DNA of 63,936 nt, counting the filler, from an uncultured bacterium (GTDB lineage Bacteria > Latescibacterota > UBA2968): assembly GCA_964471275.1 (NCBI GenBank). It is 5 parts of 5 records of this genome, joined end to end, with 100 filler letters (N's around TTAATTAATTAA, not from the genome) between each part and the next. Parts side by side here need not be neighbours in the genome. Positions count along the whole stretch, not along the records: positions 1 to 14,032 come from CAYYGZ010000120.1; positions 14,133 to 28,137 come from CAYYGZ010000121.1; 3 more parts are not named here. One strand, given 5' to 3'. Made by a program: the position numbers and the translations under genes. How positions within the stretch are numbered: position 1 is the stretch's first letter; each line of letters starts with the position of its first letter. The notes beneath the pieces were generated by a model that was given only the letters and a program-made list of their open reading frames with translations, made no database searches and was not told the DNA's origin. This document shows positions 10,350 through 20,080 of the stretch, piece by piece.

Positions 10350-10811
10350 CTAGTGCTTGCTCTCTTCCTCTTCCAGAATCTGAATCGCTGATCCGCTGTC
10401 CTGGCTCTCAATCAGTCGCTGGCGAAAATCCTCTCCCTTCAACAGACGAGAGATACGGGCAAGCGCTTTGATATGTGGACCTGATACATCCATCGGTGAA
10501 ACCAGAAGGAAGAAGATAAAGGTCGGCTGTCCATCCAACGAGTCGAACTCGACGCCCTCGCTCTTGATGCCGAGTACACCACCCAGCTCTTTCACAAACT
10601 CAGACTTACCGTGCGGGATGGCAATGCTGTGCCCGATTCCGGTACTCATGATCTCTTCACGCTGGAGGACAGCCTCGAGCACCTTCTCTCGATCGGTGAT
10701 CTTGTCACCGACCTCAAGAACGTCGACAAGTTCTTCTAGGATCTCACGTTTGTCCTGTCCTTTCAAGCCAACCACGACTGACTTGCCGGACAGAATCTCC
10801 ATCAATGTCAC
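10350..10811 (-). CDS. PTS EIIA type 2 (Fru/Ntr family) phosphocarrier, PtsN-like
   Basis: REEIMSTGIGHSIAIPHGK phospho-His motif, FDSLDGQP, HIKALARISR. Confidence 0.9.
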   Translation of the reverse strand: MTLMEILSGKSVVVGLKGQDKREILEELVDVLEVGDKITDREKVLEAVLQREEIMSTGIGHSIAIPHGKSEFVKELGGVLGIKSEGVEFDSLDGQPTFIFFLLVSPMDVSGPHIKALARISRLLKGEDFRQRLIESQDSGSAIQILEEEESKH

Positions 10812-10856
10812 TGAGTCCTCCAGCCGGACAAAACCGACGGAAATCGCTGTTTACAG

Positions 10857-10936
10857 TAAACTTACTAGCTTTGGCTGAAAGTAAGTTTAGAGAATGACCA
10901 AGTCAAGAAAAAACACCTTGTAAGACAAGGTCTTAC
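10857..10936. promoter_or_regulatory. Palindromes in the divergent PTS IIA / GWxTD intergenic region (candidate operators)
   Basis: TAAACTTACT-N13-AGTAAGTTTA (10857-10889); overlapping ACCTTGT-aag-ACAAGGT and GTAAGAC-aag-GTCTTAC (10915-10936). Confidence 0.35.
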
Positions 10937-11184
10937 GCGGGACGCGGGTAGGTGTCGCGGCCCTGCGCAGGATGCATCCGATCGATCCACGTGGTCCGGG
11001 TAGGTGATCGTCTGTTGCCACCAATCGTACACGTGCTTTAGTTCTTGATCTGTAGTAAACGGGACCATCCCCGGAAGTTGAGGATACCAGATCCGGGGAA
11101 CGCGTCCAGAAAGCGGGAACGAATCGCTCTGTCGATCCGTTCTTTACCTGCAGGAAGACTTCCCTCATCCATCTGGAGAGAACC

Positions 11185-13542
11185 ATGTCGGTTTGCCGAT
11201 CCCTGATTCTGCTCGTCCTGACGCAAGTCACCGTGTTGCCGGTTGCCCTGAGCGTACAAGCGGCGCCCGCTGCTATCGCAGACTCCATCTTCCAGGCAAC
11301 GAACCGGTTGGATCGCGACGCTTGGCTGGGTGCGGTCGACGAAATCAACGCCCTCCTGCCCGATGCAGCTTCTGAACCGAGTATACACGCCCTGCTCGGC
11401 GCTCTGTATCTGCAACTCGGTGATAGTGACCACGCGAAGGCCGCGCTTCTGGAGGCCACACGCCTCGATACAACGCTCGAAGGGGCACACTTTGGTCTGG
11501 GCCGCGCTTACTTGGAACTGGATGGGAATCCCAGGTCGGCGATCCCGCACTTTCTGGCCGCTCTGCGCGTGGACTCAACTTATGCCGATGCGTATGCGCA
11601 GCTTGCACTCGCGCACAAACAGACAGGTAAGCGGCGTGACGCCAGACGGGCGGCAGACCGGGCGATACGTAACGAGCCCCGCCTTGCCCTTCCCTATCGA
11701 ATTCTGGCCGAAACCTACGCAGAAGAAGGCAACACGGCAGCCTCACTCATCTATTTCAAACGCTACTTGGACCTGAATCCGGCAGATCAAGAAATCGCAC
11801 TGACCTTCGCAAGATACCTGCTAGAGGAGGAAGACTGGAATCGGTTGTTCGAGGTAACCTCTCGACTTACGAACACAGACGCCCTGCCGCTCCTGGCGAT
11901 CGCGCTGATCAGGCGGGGCGAGCACGAAGGGGCATTGCAGGCATTCCAGGACTACATCGCAACACTCGAGGAGGAAGAGGCAGCACTATACGATGACATC
12001 ACGTTCGTCGGGCTCAAGCGAGAGGTGCAGGCATACCGAACCGTGCCGGGATCGGCCAAGGAGGCCTTCCTGACGCAGTTCTGGATGAGACGCGATCCCT
12101 TCAAGACTTCCGGCGGAGCCATGCGTCGTGCAGAGCATTACCACCGTGTGTGGCGGGCGAGACAGGAGTTCGGGAAGAAGAGATTCCCCTGGGACAAACG
12201 GGGAGAGGTATACATACGCTACGGCAAACCATTCTATCGCTCCACATCGAAAGACCTGAACGCGATGGTCCCCCCGGCTGCCCAGCAGGTCCAGGACCTT
12301 ATGGCCTCACGGCTCTACGGAAGCGAGGCCGTGGATCGAACCTTCGTAGGCCCTGTCTACCCGATCCGTCACCAGCAGGATGCCGGTCTGTCGCTGTCGA
12401 GCAATCCGAACAGCGGAGACGGATCCCTGGGTCTCCAGAGTTGGAAACCGATAACCGCCGGGTCGGATTGGTCGACAGTCCCGTGGGAATCGTGGATCTA
12501 CGTCGACATTGGCAATGGCATTGAGATCTCGTTTACGGACGAATTCCTCAGCGGCAACTACAACTTTGCCCCGATCCCGACGCTCAGCGAGGATGACATG
12601 ACGCGTCTTGAATTGTCTCAGGGCTCGCCTCTCACATTCATCAGCCGAATCACGGAGTTCGCGCCCGCCGCGCTCGTTGCGCGCGTCGCATCCGAGGACC
12701 CCGAGCGCTACGACCTAGCGATCCTGGAGCCGCTCCACTTCTTCTACGAGGCACTCTCGTATCGTGGCGAGAACGGTCGAACGGATCTTCAGATCAACAT
12801 CGGCCTCCCGATCGACAACGTCGCGCTTCCTGAGGATCCGGATACAAACATCATTGTCGAACGACGCGTCGTCCTCCTCCGCGGGGCACACGAGATAGAG
12901 CGCTCCATCAAGAACCTGGGCATCAGCGTAAACTCGCTGAACCGTGACCAGGGCCTGCTTGCTGTCGAACGCGTCAATCTGGAGGTTGAACCGGGCGAGT
13001 ACGAACTCCGCGTACAGGCCGGGAGACGAAGCACCAACCACGTCCAGGTCTATGGGCAGGCCCTTGACCTGATCGATTTCAGCAAACCGGATCTCTCGAT
13101 GAGTGACCTTCAGATCGCGCAGCAGATCACCGAAGCGAACCCTGAGCAGCCATCCAAATTCGTCCGCAACGGCTGGGATATCCGTCCAGCACCGACCCGT
13201 TCATTCCACAAGGGTGAGCCCCTCTACGTCTACTACGAGATCTACAACCTGAACCGGGATACGTTCGGCCAGACAAAGTACCAGATATCGTATGAAGTCA
13301 AGACGCGAACGACGGAAGGGACTATCCAGATCCCGTTCTTGGCTAAGCTGAGGAGGAATCAGGCCGGCGAGAAGATTGGATTTGAGGTGGAGCAGACGGG
13401 GTCCGATCCCACTGAGACCGACTACTTCGAGTTGGACCTGGCAGAGGCCAAACCCGGTAGGTATGAATTGCGGATGAAGGTCAGGGATCTGACGACGCAA
13501 ACGGAAGTGTCAAGATCGTCACCCTTCAGCGTCATCCCGTGA
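11185..13542 (+). CDS. TPR-repeat GWxTD domain-containing exported protein
   Basis: Signal peptide, multiple TPRs, FWMRRDP...EHYHRV...WDKRGEVYIRYGKP core, ESWIY, C-terminal YVYYEIYNL beta domains. Confidence 0.8.
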   Translation: MSVCRSLILLVLTQVTVLPVALSVQAAPAAIADSIFQATNRLDRDAWLGAVDEINALLPDAASEPSIHALLGALYLQLGDSDHAKAALLEATRLDTTLEGAHFGLGRAYLELDGNPRSAIPHFLAALRVDSTYADAYAQLALAHKQTGKRRDARRAADRAIRNEPRLALPYRILAETYAEEGNTAASLIYFKRYLDLNPADQEIALTFARYLLEEEDWNRLFEVTSRLTNTDALPLLAIALIRRGEHEGALQAFQDYIATLEEEEAALYDDITFVGLKREVQAYRTVPGSAKEAFLTQFWMRRDPFKTSGGAMRRAEHYHRVWRARQEFGKKRFPWDKRGEVYIRYGKPFYRSTSKDLNAMVPPAAQQVQDLMASRLYGSEAVDRTFVGPVYPIRHQQDAGLSLSSNPNSGDGSLGLQSWKPITAGSDWSTVPWESWIYVDIGNGIEISFTDEFLSGNYNFAPIPTLSEDDMTRLELSQGSPLTFISRITEFAPAALVARVASEDPERYDLAILEPLHFFYEALSYRGENGRTDLQINIGLPIDNVALPEDPDTNIIVERRVVLLRGAHEIERSIKNLGISVNSLNRDQGLLAVERVNLEVEPGEYELRVQAGRRSTNHVQVYGQALDLIDFSKPDLSMSDLQIAQQITEANPEQPSKFVRNGWDIRPAPTRSFHKGEPLYVYYEIYNLNRDTFGQTKYQISYEVKTRTTEGTIQIPFLAKLRRNQAGEKIGFEVEQTGSDPTETDYFELDLAEAKPGRYELRMKVRDLTTQTEVSRSSPFSVIP

Positions 13543-13609
13543 TCTGAGGCAGGGCGCTTCTTCTCGCCGCTACGAGAGTGATCGGGTCAATTGCGCCCTG
13601 GCACAGCAC

Positions 13610-14032
13610 CTACAGAACTTTCGTAACCAGGGTACCCGCAATCCGATCGTGAGGTGCTTGACCGTTTGCGTGACGGCGTGTCACAAGGATCAACACATAC
13701 CACAACACGATCGCAACGAACCCGATCACGGGGAGCATCTGCGGGATCTCCGGGGCGATCAGCGGGGCTTCGGTGCCGATGTGTTGCACGTTCGTCGGCA
13801 GCGGCGCAAGTGCCGCCATCGCGATGAGCGGCGCGAAGACCCCCCCCCACTTCACACCCGCACGAACGATGGCCTGACGCGGGTTAAGCCTCCCCCCATC
13901 ATCACTGAACGTCCGTAACGATGCCATGATCTTGCCCGGTGTCTGGCCCCGCTCACCCAGGAAGACCGTCGAATAAATCACGGCGATCACGAACTGCAGC
14001 AGCCTGAGCGCGGCCGCAGAGGGCGTCAATTC
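13610..14032 (-). CDS. RDD family membrane protein (5' end cut by contig end)
   Basis: GQTPGKIMASLR and HDRIAGTLV RDD motifs. Confidence 0.8.
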   Translation of the reverse strand, partial: ELTPSAAALRLLQFVIAVIYSTVFLGERGQTPGKIMASLRTFSDDGGRLNPRQAIVRAGVKWGGVFAPLIAMAALAPLPTNVQHIGTEAPLIAPEIPQMLPVIGFVAIVLWYVLILVTRRHANGQAPHDRIAGTLVTKVL

Positions 14033-14132
14033 NNNNNNNNNNNNNNNNNNNNNNNNNNNNNNNNNNNNNNNNNNNNTTAATTAATTAANNNNNNNNNNNN
14101 NNNNNNNNNNNNNNNNNNNNNNNNNNNNNNNN
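14033..14132. other. Artificial contig spacer
   Basis: N44-TTAATTAATTAA-N44, stops in all six frames. Confidence 0.97.
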
Positions 14133-14489
14133 TCGCTTGATCGCATCCCAATTCTGAAGCACCACTTCTGACGTATCTGCCTGAACATCGCCAAAGACGT
14201 GTGGGTGTCGACGTTCGAGTTTTTCTGCAATGGCTCGGGATACGTCATCGACATTGAATCGACCTTCTTCGCTTGCGACCTGAGCGTGGAAGATGACCTG
14301 TAGGAGCACATCACCCAGCTCTTCTGCAAGGGCCCCGTCATTTCCGTCGTCGATGGCGTCGAGGACCTCGTAGGCTTCCTCGATCAGGTAGGGTTTGAGC
14401 GTCTCGTGCGTCTGTTCGCGGTCCCAGGGGCAGCCGTCCGGCGCCCGCAACTGGCGCATTATGTCCACCAACCGCTCGAACTGTGTCAT
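14133..14489 (-). CDS. mazG: Nucleoside triphosphate pyrophosphohydrolase MazG (3' end cut by contig end)
   Basis: LRAPDGCPWDREQT, EEAYEV, EELGDVLLQVIFH, RRHPHVFG. Confidence 0.93.
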
Positions 14490-14575
14490 ACATACCCGCT
14501 TTCAAGGTGAAATGGGTCGATTGTTCTGTTTCTTCGTATATTCTCTGCTTACCGCAGGGCTGAAACATATCCGCT

Positions 14576-14773
14576 ATGGCAGACATCGTCAAATCATCCG
14601 ATCTGAATCCGTGCACCCAGTGCGGCGCGTGCAGTGTCGCGCCAGATATCACGTCACTAGACAAGCCAGCGGGACAAGCCTGTATCCATCTGATGCCGGA
14701 TAATCGGTGCCAAATATACGACAGGTGCCCTCTGGTGTGCCGTCAGTCTCAGGTATTGTGGGCAATGCTTTAA
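14576..14773 (+). CDS. YkgJ-like cysteine-cluster small protein (possibly degenerate)
   Basis: CTQCGACS...KPAGQACIHL...RCQIYDRCPLVCR; the usual CC is CS here. Confidence 0.6.
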   Translation: MADIVKSSDLNPCTQCGACSVAPDITSLDKPAGQACIHLMPDNRCQIYDRCPLVCRQSQVLWAML

Positions 14774-14872
14774 TTTCTTCCGGTTCGATGGACGGACCCA
14801 ATCCAGTCCTACAAGGTCCACCGATCGGATCTCGTGGGGCTTTTGGCATGTACTGTATGGAGGAGTCGCGCT

Positions 14873-15313
14873 TTGAGTGATTCGTTGAAAGACATTCTTC
14901 GCAAGACCAGTGAGGACGATCATCAGAATCAGTCCAAGGATCGATGGGAGAAGAAGCAGGATCTCGCCGACTCCTACGCGACGGACGACCCCGATCAGAC
15001 TCCGACTGAGCAGCGTCACGATCATTACCGACGCAAGCAGGAATTCGCCAGTCGTCTTGGGCCGGCCTCGGAGAGGCTCCCAATCCGGACGAAGGAAGAG
15101 ATCGAGAAGATGAAGAAAGAGAGGCCTCAGCGGCGCCAGATCTCGTTTGAGGGGCCGATCGAAAAGTTGATCGAGAAGTATCAGGACCCGAAGATTGTCT
15201 TCGAGCATCTTTCGATCGGGCAGCTCATGAAATACGAGCTGAACGAGGAGACCGGGTGCATCTACCAGGGCGAAAAACTGATCTTCGATGGCGAGAAACT
15301 GGTAACAGGTTAA
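14873..15313 (+). CDS. Hypothetical charged protein
   Basis: GGAGGA ribosome-binding site before TTG at 14873; protein-like composition; no recognised motif. Confidence 0.6.
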   Translation: MSDSLKDILRKTSEDDHQNQSKDRWEKKQDLADSYATDDPDQTPTEQRHDHYRRKQEFASRLGPASERLPIRTKEEIEKMKKERPQRRQISFEGPIEKLIEKYQDPKIVFEHLSIGQLMKYELNEETGCIYQGEKLIFDGEKLVTG

Positions 15314-15323
15314 CCAAGGATAA

Positions 15324-15797
15324 CCGCCTAAGACCAAGTTTTGCGGAAACTGTGGCGCCCCTCTTACAGAACAGGCTGCTCCTCCGATCAATTCGAATAA
15401 AATCCTAGTCGCAGAGGACTCGATTGCCAGTCGACGGGCGCTCTGCTTTGTGATCAATAAGCTGGGCTACATACCGGTTGAGGCAACAAACGGCTATGAG
15501 GCGGTTGACCTGGCCAAAAAGGACCCGCCGGGCATGATCATGATGGACATTATGATGCCGGCCATGAACGGGATCGAGGCGATCAAGAATATCCGTGCAG
15601 ACTCCATTCTGGCTAATATTCCAATCGTGAGGTCCACCTCTTTGACAGACAAGGAGACGGTGATGGCGGCAGCTCTGGAGGGGGCGAATGACTATATCGT
15701 CAAACCCTATACCGCAGAAATTATCTCGGAGCGCGTGGACAAGTTCGTGCCGAAGCCGAAGAAGAAGAAACGACGCAGCAGACGATCGTCTCGCTAG
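15324..15797 (+). pseudogene. Zinc-ribbon plus response-regulator receiver gene lacking an intact 5' end
   Basis: Open frame from 15324 reads PPKTKFCGNCGAPL...NKILVAEDS...MIMMDIMMPAMNG...DYIVKPY; in-frame TAA at 15321 and no ATG/GTG/TTG start before GTG 15450, which lies inside the receiver domain. Confidence 0.6.
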
Positions 15798-15820
15798 ATA
15801 GCACACAACCGAAAATAGAA

Positions 15821-15853
15821 AGAGGGCCCCGGGGATTGATCCCGGGGCCCTCT
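15821..15853. terminator. Hairpin between convergent genes, likely terminator
   Basis: AGAGGGCCCCGGG-N7-CCCGGGGCCCTCT 13-bp stem; A-rich left flank gives a U-rich tail on the minus (fbaB) strand. Confidence 0.7.
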
Positions 15854-15877
15854 CTGCGTGTGTCTGAATGCGGAGGA

Positions 15878-16991
15878 TCAGGCGATCGTCACGTCGTCGC
15901 AGAGATAGACGTTCTGAATCTCGTTCAGAAGCTTGATGCCCTCTTCCATCGGCCGCTGGAAAGCTTTGCGACCGGAGATGAGACCTGTTCCACCCGCACG
16001 CTTGTTGACGACCGCCGTGGTGACGGCTTCAGCAAAGTCGCTGGCCCCCGAGGAGGCGCCACCGGAGTTGATCAGACCTGCGCGTCCCGCGTAGCAGTTG
16101 ATGACCTGGTAGCGGCAAAGGTCGATCGGGTTGTCCGAACTCAGCTCAGAGTAGACCTTGTCGTGTGTGCGTCCGAAGTTGAGTGCTGTGTATCCACCGT
16201 TGCAGGTCGGCAGCTTCTGTTTGATGATGTCCGCGCCGATCGTCACGCCCAGATGGTTGGCCTGACCGGTGATATCAGCGGCCTCGTGGTAATCCGCGTC
16301 ATCTGTTTTGAACGCCGAGTTGCGCAGGTAGCACCAGAGAACAGTGAACATCCACCGTTTGAGTGGCTCATCCACCGTTTTGAGTGGTGCATCCNNNNNN
16401 NNNNCCGAGCTCATGGGCCCGCTCAAAGGCTTCGCTGACTTCGACGATCTGTCGGTTCGATTCCTCGGATCCAAAATAGATCGTCGCGCCGACACCCGCC
16501 GCACCGAGGTTCCAGGCTTGTTCTACCTGGGCGAAGAAGACTTGGTCGGCCTGTGCCGGATATGTCAACAGCTGGTTGTGGTTGAACTTGAGGATGAACG
16601 GAATGCGATGCGCATACGGACGGGCGACCATACCCAGAACGCCGAGCGTCGTGGCGACAGCGTTACATCCCCCTTCGATGGCCAGCTTGACAATGCTTTC
16701 GGGATCGAAGTAGATCGGGTTCGGGGCAAAGGAAGCGCCGCCCGAGTGCTCGATGCCCTGGTCGATCGGGAGGATCGACACGTATCCCGTGCCGCCTAGA
16801 CGGCCGTTGCCATACAGCCGGCCCAGGTTGTTCAGTACGGGAACAGGTCGATCCGACTTGACGAAGACACGATCGACGAAGTCGGGACCTGGTAGGGCAA
16901 GGCCGTCCGACGGGACGATTGCCCTATGGTTCAGGAGACTGTCTGAACTGTCTCCAAGGTATTGCTGAATCGCTTCAATCGATGCTGCCAT
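15878..16991 (-). CDS. fbaB: Class I fructose-bisphosphate aldolase (FbaB/DhnA), interrupted at 16353-16404 by a tandem repeat and an N gap
   Basis: [28 protein letters not shown]...AHELG then [32 protein letters not shown]; split across two track ORFs. Confidence 0.9.
16349..16394. repeat. 20/21-bp tandem repeat inside fbaB next to an assembly gap
   Basis: CATCCACCGTTTGAGTGGCT / CATCCACCGTTTTGAGTGGTG / CATCC then N10. Confidence 0.85.
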
Positions 16992-17021
16992 TTGTTTCTC
17001 CTCTCTGTAGCCTTGCCGGCT

Positions 17022-18530
17022 CTATGATTCCGATTCCACGACCGGCGATGTTTCGAATTCGTCGAGTGGGTATATCGGACGGGGTACGCGACGCCACGGG
17101 AATGCGCGCAGGTTTGGGCTGCACACACCGGGAGCGTCGATGTTGATGATTTCGTGAGCTAATTCGGTATACGCTGCTCTGAAGGCCGCCGGTGACTTGG
17201 CGACCACGATCCGGGCGTCAGTAGGCTCTAAACCGACGCACCGATAGAGCTCCGGATCCCACTGCAGGACTCCTCGCTCCATCGTCACGATGTGGATACC
17301 GCCTACGACCCAGACAGCAGCGCGCCCCATGTCAAACGTGACACCATTGAATCCAGGCCCCTTGAAGGTGAATGCATCATCAAATAGTGTCTTCACTGTT
17401 CCCTTGAAGGTCACGGGGGTATAGAACCGGTCGGTTAACGAAGCTCCAATCGTAACTTCACCGGAAAACCCGACACCAACCTCGATAGCACGTTCTACCG
17501 CCGTGGGGTCCACCATATTCAAGTAGACCGGATCTTGCACATTCCGGTCAAGGAGGGCGGACAGAAGAACCGTAGAATCGCCCGGCGCACCGGAGCTTGG
17601 AGCATCGGATGAGTCTGAAAAGACGAACGGACGCCGATCGGAGGAGAGGGCCCTGTCGATGGCCTGTTCGTAGGGCATCAGTTCTGGTGTAAAGGCAGAT
17701 CGACGGTTCCAGAATTCACGAGCCAGACAGTTGGCCTCCTGTTTTGCCATCCGAGCGTCGCCGACAGTCACGATTACGACCGATGATCCGACCTCAGCGA
17801 GGTCCAGCCACGGCTGCACTGAGAATGCCGATGCTGACAGGATATCCGGTCGTGTTTCGAGCTCCAGCGCCAGGTCCATCACTTCTGAGAAGGGACCGGC
17901 CGTGGTTTGACCATTCTCGGCCGGCAGGATCATCGGGATCCGAACGTGAGCCTGCTCGACAGACCCGCCATCGAGGAGATGCATCATCACCCGGGCCGCT
18001 CGGGTGCCCGTGTCCTTCTGGTCGATGTGAGGTGCCGTATGATACCCGACAAGCGCATCGGCAAACGCTGCCATCTGACGGGTCACGTTCGCGTGAAGAT
18101 CGAGTGAGACCGTGATGGCGGTGGTGTGGCCGACGATTTCTCTGACGGCGGCGATGAGATCACCGGTCGCATCATCGATATGTTCGGCAGCCATCGCCCC
18201 GTGCATGGTCATCACGATCCCGTCGAGCGGGAGTGCTGCTCTTACCAGCGCGAGGTACTCAGCCTTCAGCGCTCTGTAGCATTGTTTTCGTAACGGCATG
18301 CCCGATGCTGCCGTGGCCCCATAGAGGAGGGGGATACATTCACAGTCGGTGAGGATCTCGAGTGCCCCGGCGACCTCGTGGTTCATCGGGGCCAGCCGCT
18401 CAAACATCTCGGCACCGCGCACGTGAATGCAGGCCTCGAACTCATCCATCGTTGCTGGCGCAGGGGAAAAGCTATGCGACTCCTGGTACAGCCCACCGAT
18501 TGCAACCCGCTTCCGGGTCAAACGAGACAT
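17022..18530 (-). CDS. M81 family (MlrC-like) metallopeptidase
   Basis: QESHSFSP, MHGAMAAE, SLDLHANVT, YHTAPHID, VVAKS, RVPRPIYPLD. Confidence 0.88.
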   Translation of the reverse strand: MSRLTRKRVAIGGLYQESHSFSPAPATMDEFEACIHVRGAEMFERLAPMNHEVAGALEILTDCECIPLLYGATAASGMPLRKQCYRALKAEYLALVRAALPLDGIVMTMHGAMAAEHIDDATGDLIAAVREIVGHTTAITVSLDLHANVTRQMAAFADALVGYHTAPHIDQKDTGTRAARVMMHLLDGGSVEQAHVRIPMILPAENGQTTAGPFSEVMDLALELETRPDILSASAFSVQPWLDLAEVGSSVVIVTVGDARMAKQEANCLAREFWNRRSAFTPELMPYEQAIDRALSSDRRPFVFSDSSDAPSSGAPGDSTVLLSALLDRNVQDPVYLNMVDPTAVERAIEVGVGFSGEVTIGASLTDRFYTPVTFKGTVKTLFDDAFTFKGPGFNGVTFDMGRAAVWVVGGIHIVTMERGVLQWDPELYRCVGLEPTDARIVVAKSPAAFRAAYTELAHEIINIDAPGVCSPNLRAFPWRRVPRPIYPLDEFETSPVVESES

Positions 18531-20080
18531 GCTCCCTCAGCACTGGCGCACACGAGAGTTCCGTCTGGCAATTCTCGTGGTGTGTAATACTCGTCGGTTA
18601 ATGCTTTTACGAGCCTATCCACAGCCTCTTCTCTTACCAGCGCGAGCACACATCCACCCAGACCTCCGCCCGTCAGACCTGCACCCACACATCCATCCAC
18701 ACTCATCGCGATATCCGTGAGCTTATCGAGTTCCTCACAGCTGCAATCATAGCCTCCTGACTGCAGAGAGAGGGGAGGGGTTGATTGGATCAAGGCTTCC
18801 AGGGCTTCGTCCGAGACTCGGTTATCGATCGGTGTCGCCGTGTTCCCATCCGTCCTGAACTGGCGATCCCCATCGTGTGACAATCGTTTGAGTTTTCCGA
18901 ATTCTGCCAGATCTCCCGCCCTCAGAAGATCGCCTCCCTGTTCACTTCGTGCGCATTCACCGATCCCGAACATCACGACCTGTCGAAGCCGGTAGCCATC
19001 CTGTGGCTCAGGATGGGGCGAGAACAGCACGTCGAGGCGTTCTGCGCTATCGGGCAGTAAAACGCGTATCTCTTCTCTCGTCGCTCGCACGGGTAGGTCG
19101 CGAAGCAAAGCGTAGATTTCAGAGAGAGACCTCCCTGTTGTCTCCGGATTCAGATCACGCAGGTGTTCGAGTCGATCCGCAATTTCAGGGTTGGCCTGTC
19201 TGATGATCATCAGGCCCATCTCGTAGGTCGCGATACGCTCGTTGAATATGCCGGGTGGCGCGTGCTCGACGAACGAGTTGCAGGCAACGACCCTGTAGCT
19301 CGCAGGAAAAGGCAATTCCTCCTGCTTGAGCGGAAAGAACCGGAGATGGAGGAGTGCCTGCCGTCTGGCATACAGCATCGCCGCGTGATCGCCCGATCCC
19401 CCGCGTGTTCCCACATACCATTCAGCTGCGCCGCAGAACTCGGCCTGTTCCTCCCGGGGAATCTCGATATTGTTGAAATGCAGAGCTGCATTGAAGGTGC
19501 TGACGACAAGCGTCGAGGAGGAGCTTAGCCCGGCTGCAATCGGAACATCCCCTGCGACAGCGATATCCAGACCACGAATTGCCAGTGCGGGATTCTGATT
19601 CTGGAGGTAGAGGATCGGCGCACGAATATAGTTTTCCCAACTCCCGGGTGTAATCTCGGCCTGTTCGATGTAATCGTGCCATTTCCCACGCTGATCTGGC
19701 GGAAGCAGGGCGGATATGCAGAATTCAGACGGTTCGAACCGGTCATTTTCGTTTACGATACGGACGGTGTCATCGTCGTTGGCTGCCGCGACCAGGACGG
19801 TGTCGCGACTGATTCCCGCGTAGTTGAGGTATCCCCCCCTGTGATCGATGTGGTTGCCGAGGAGGTTAATCCGGCCAGGGGCTCGGGATACGATGACATT
19901 GCGGTCGGAACCGTATGTCTTCGCGAACGTGTCTAGAGCTTTTAGAATCAGGCTCTTGCGAGAGTTATTGACCTCAACGTCATCGCCGTAGAGTTCGATC
20001 AATCTTGCGAGCACATCGTTCGTGTCGGATCGGAACTGCTGGAGCCAAATCGATACCGTCAGTTCGCCGACCTGATTCAC
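18518..20080 (-). CDS. GHMP sugar kinase, galactokinase family
   Basis: RAPGRINLLGNHIDH, VPIAAGLSSSS, GAGLTGGGLGGC; GTG start at 20080 overlaps the galU stop. Confidence 0.85.
   Translation of the reverse strand: MNQVGELTVSIWLQQFRSDTNDVLARLIELYGDDVEVNNSRKSLILKALDTFAKTYGSDRNVIVSRAPGRINLLGNHIDHRGGYLNYAGISRDTVLVAAANDDDTVRIVNENDRFEPSEFCISALLPPDQRGKWHDYIEQAEITPGSWENYIRAPILYLQNQNPALAIRGLDIAVAGDVPIAAGLSSSSTLVVSTFNAALHFNNIEIPREEQAEFCGAAEWYVGTRGGSGDHAAMLYARRQALLHLRFFPLKQEELPFPASYRVVACNSFVEHAPPGIFNERIATYEMGLMIIRQANPEIADRLEHLRDLNPETTGRSLSEIYALLRDLPVRATREEIRVLLPDSAERLDVLFSPHPEPQDGYRLRQVVMFGIGECARSEQGGDLLRAGDLAEFGKLKRLSHDGDRQFRTDGNTATPIDNRVSDEALEALIQSTPPLSLQSGGYDCSCEELDKLTDIAMSVDGCVGAGLTGGGLGGCVLALVREEAVDRLVKALTDEYYTPRELPDGTLVCASAEGACLV

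Noticed and set aside
14077..14088. Palindrome TTAATTAATTAA recurring about every 14 kb
   Set aside because: Always centred in N-runs; an artificial six-frame stop linker.
16349..16394. Mini CRISPR array
   Set aside because: Units are directly tandem with no unique spacers, and there are no cas genes in the window.
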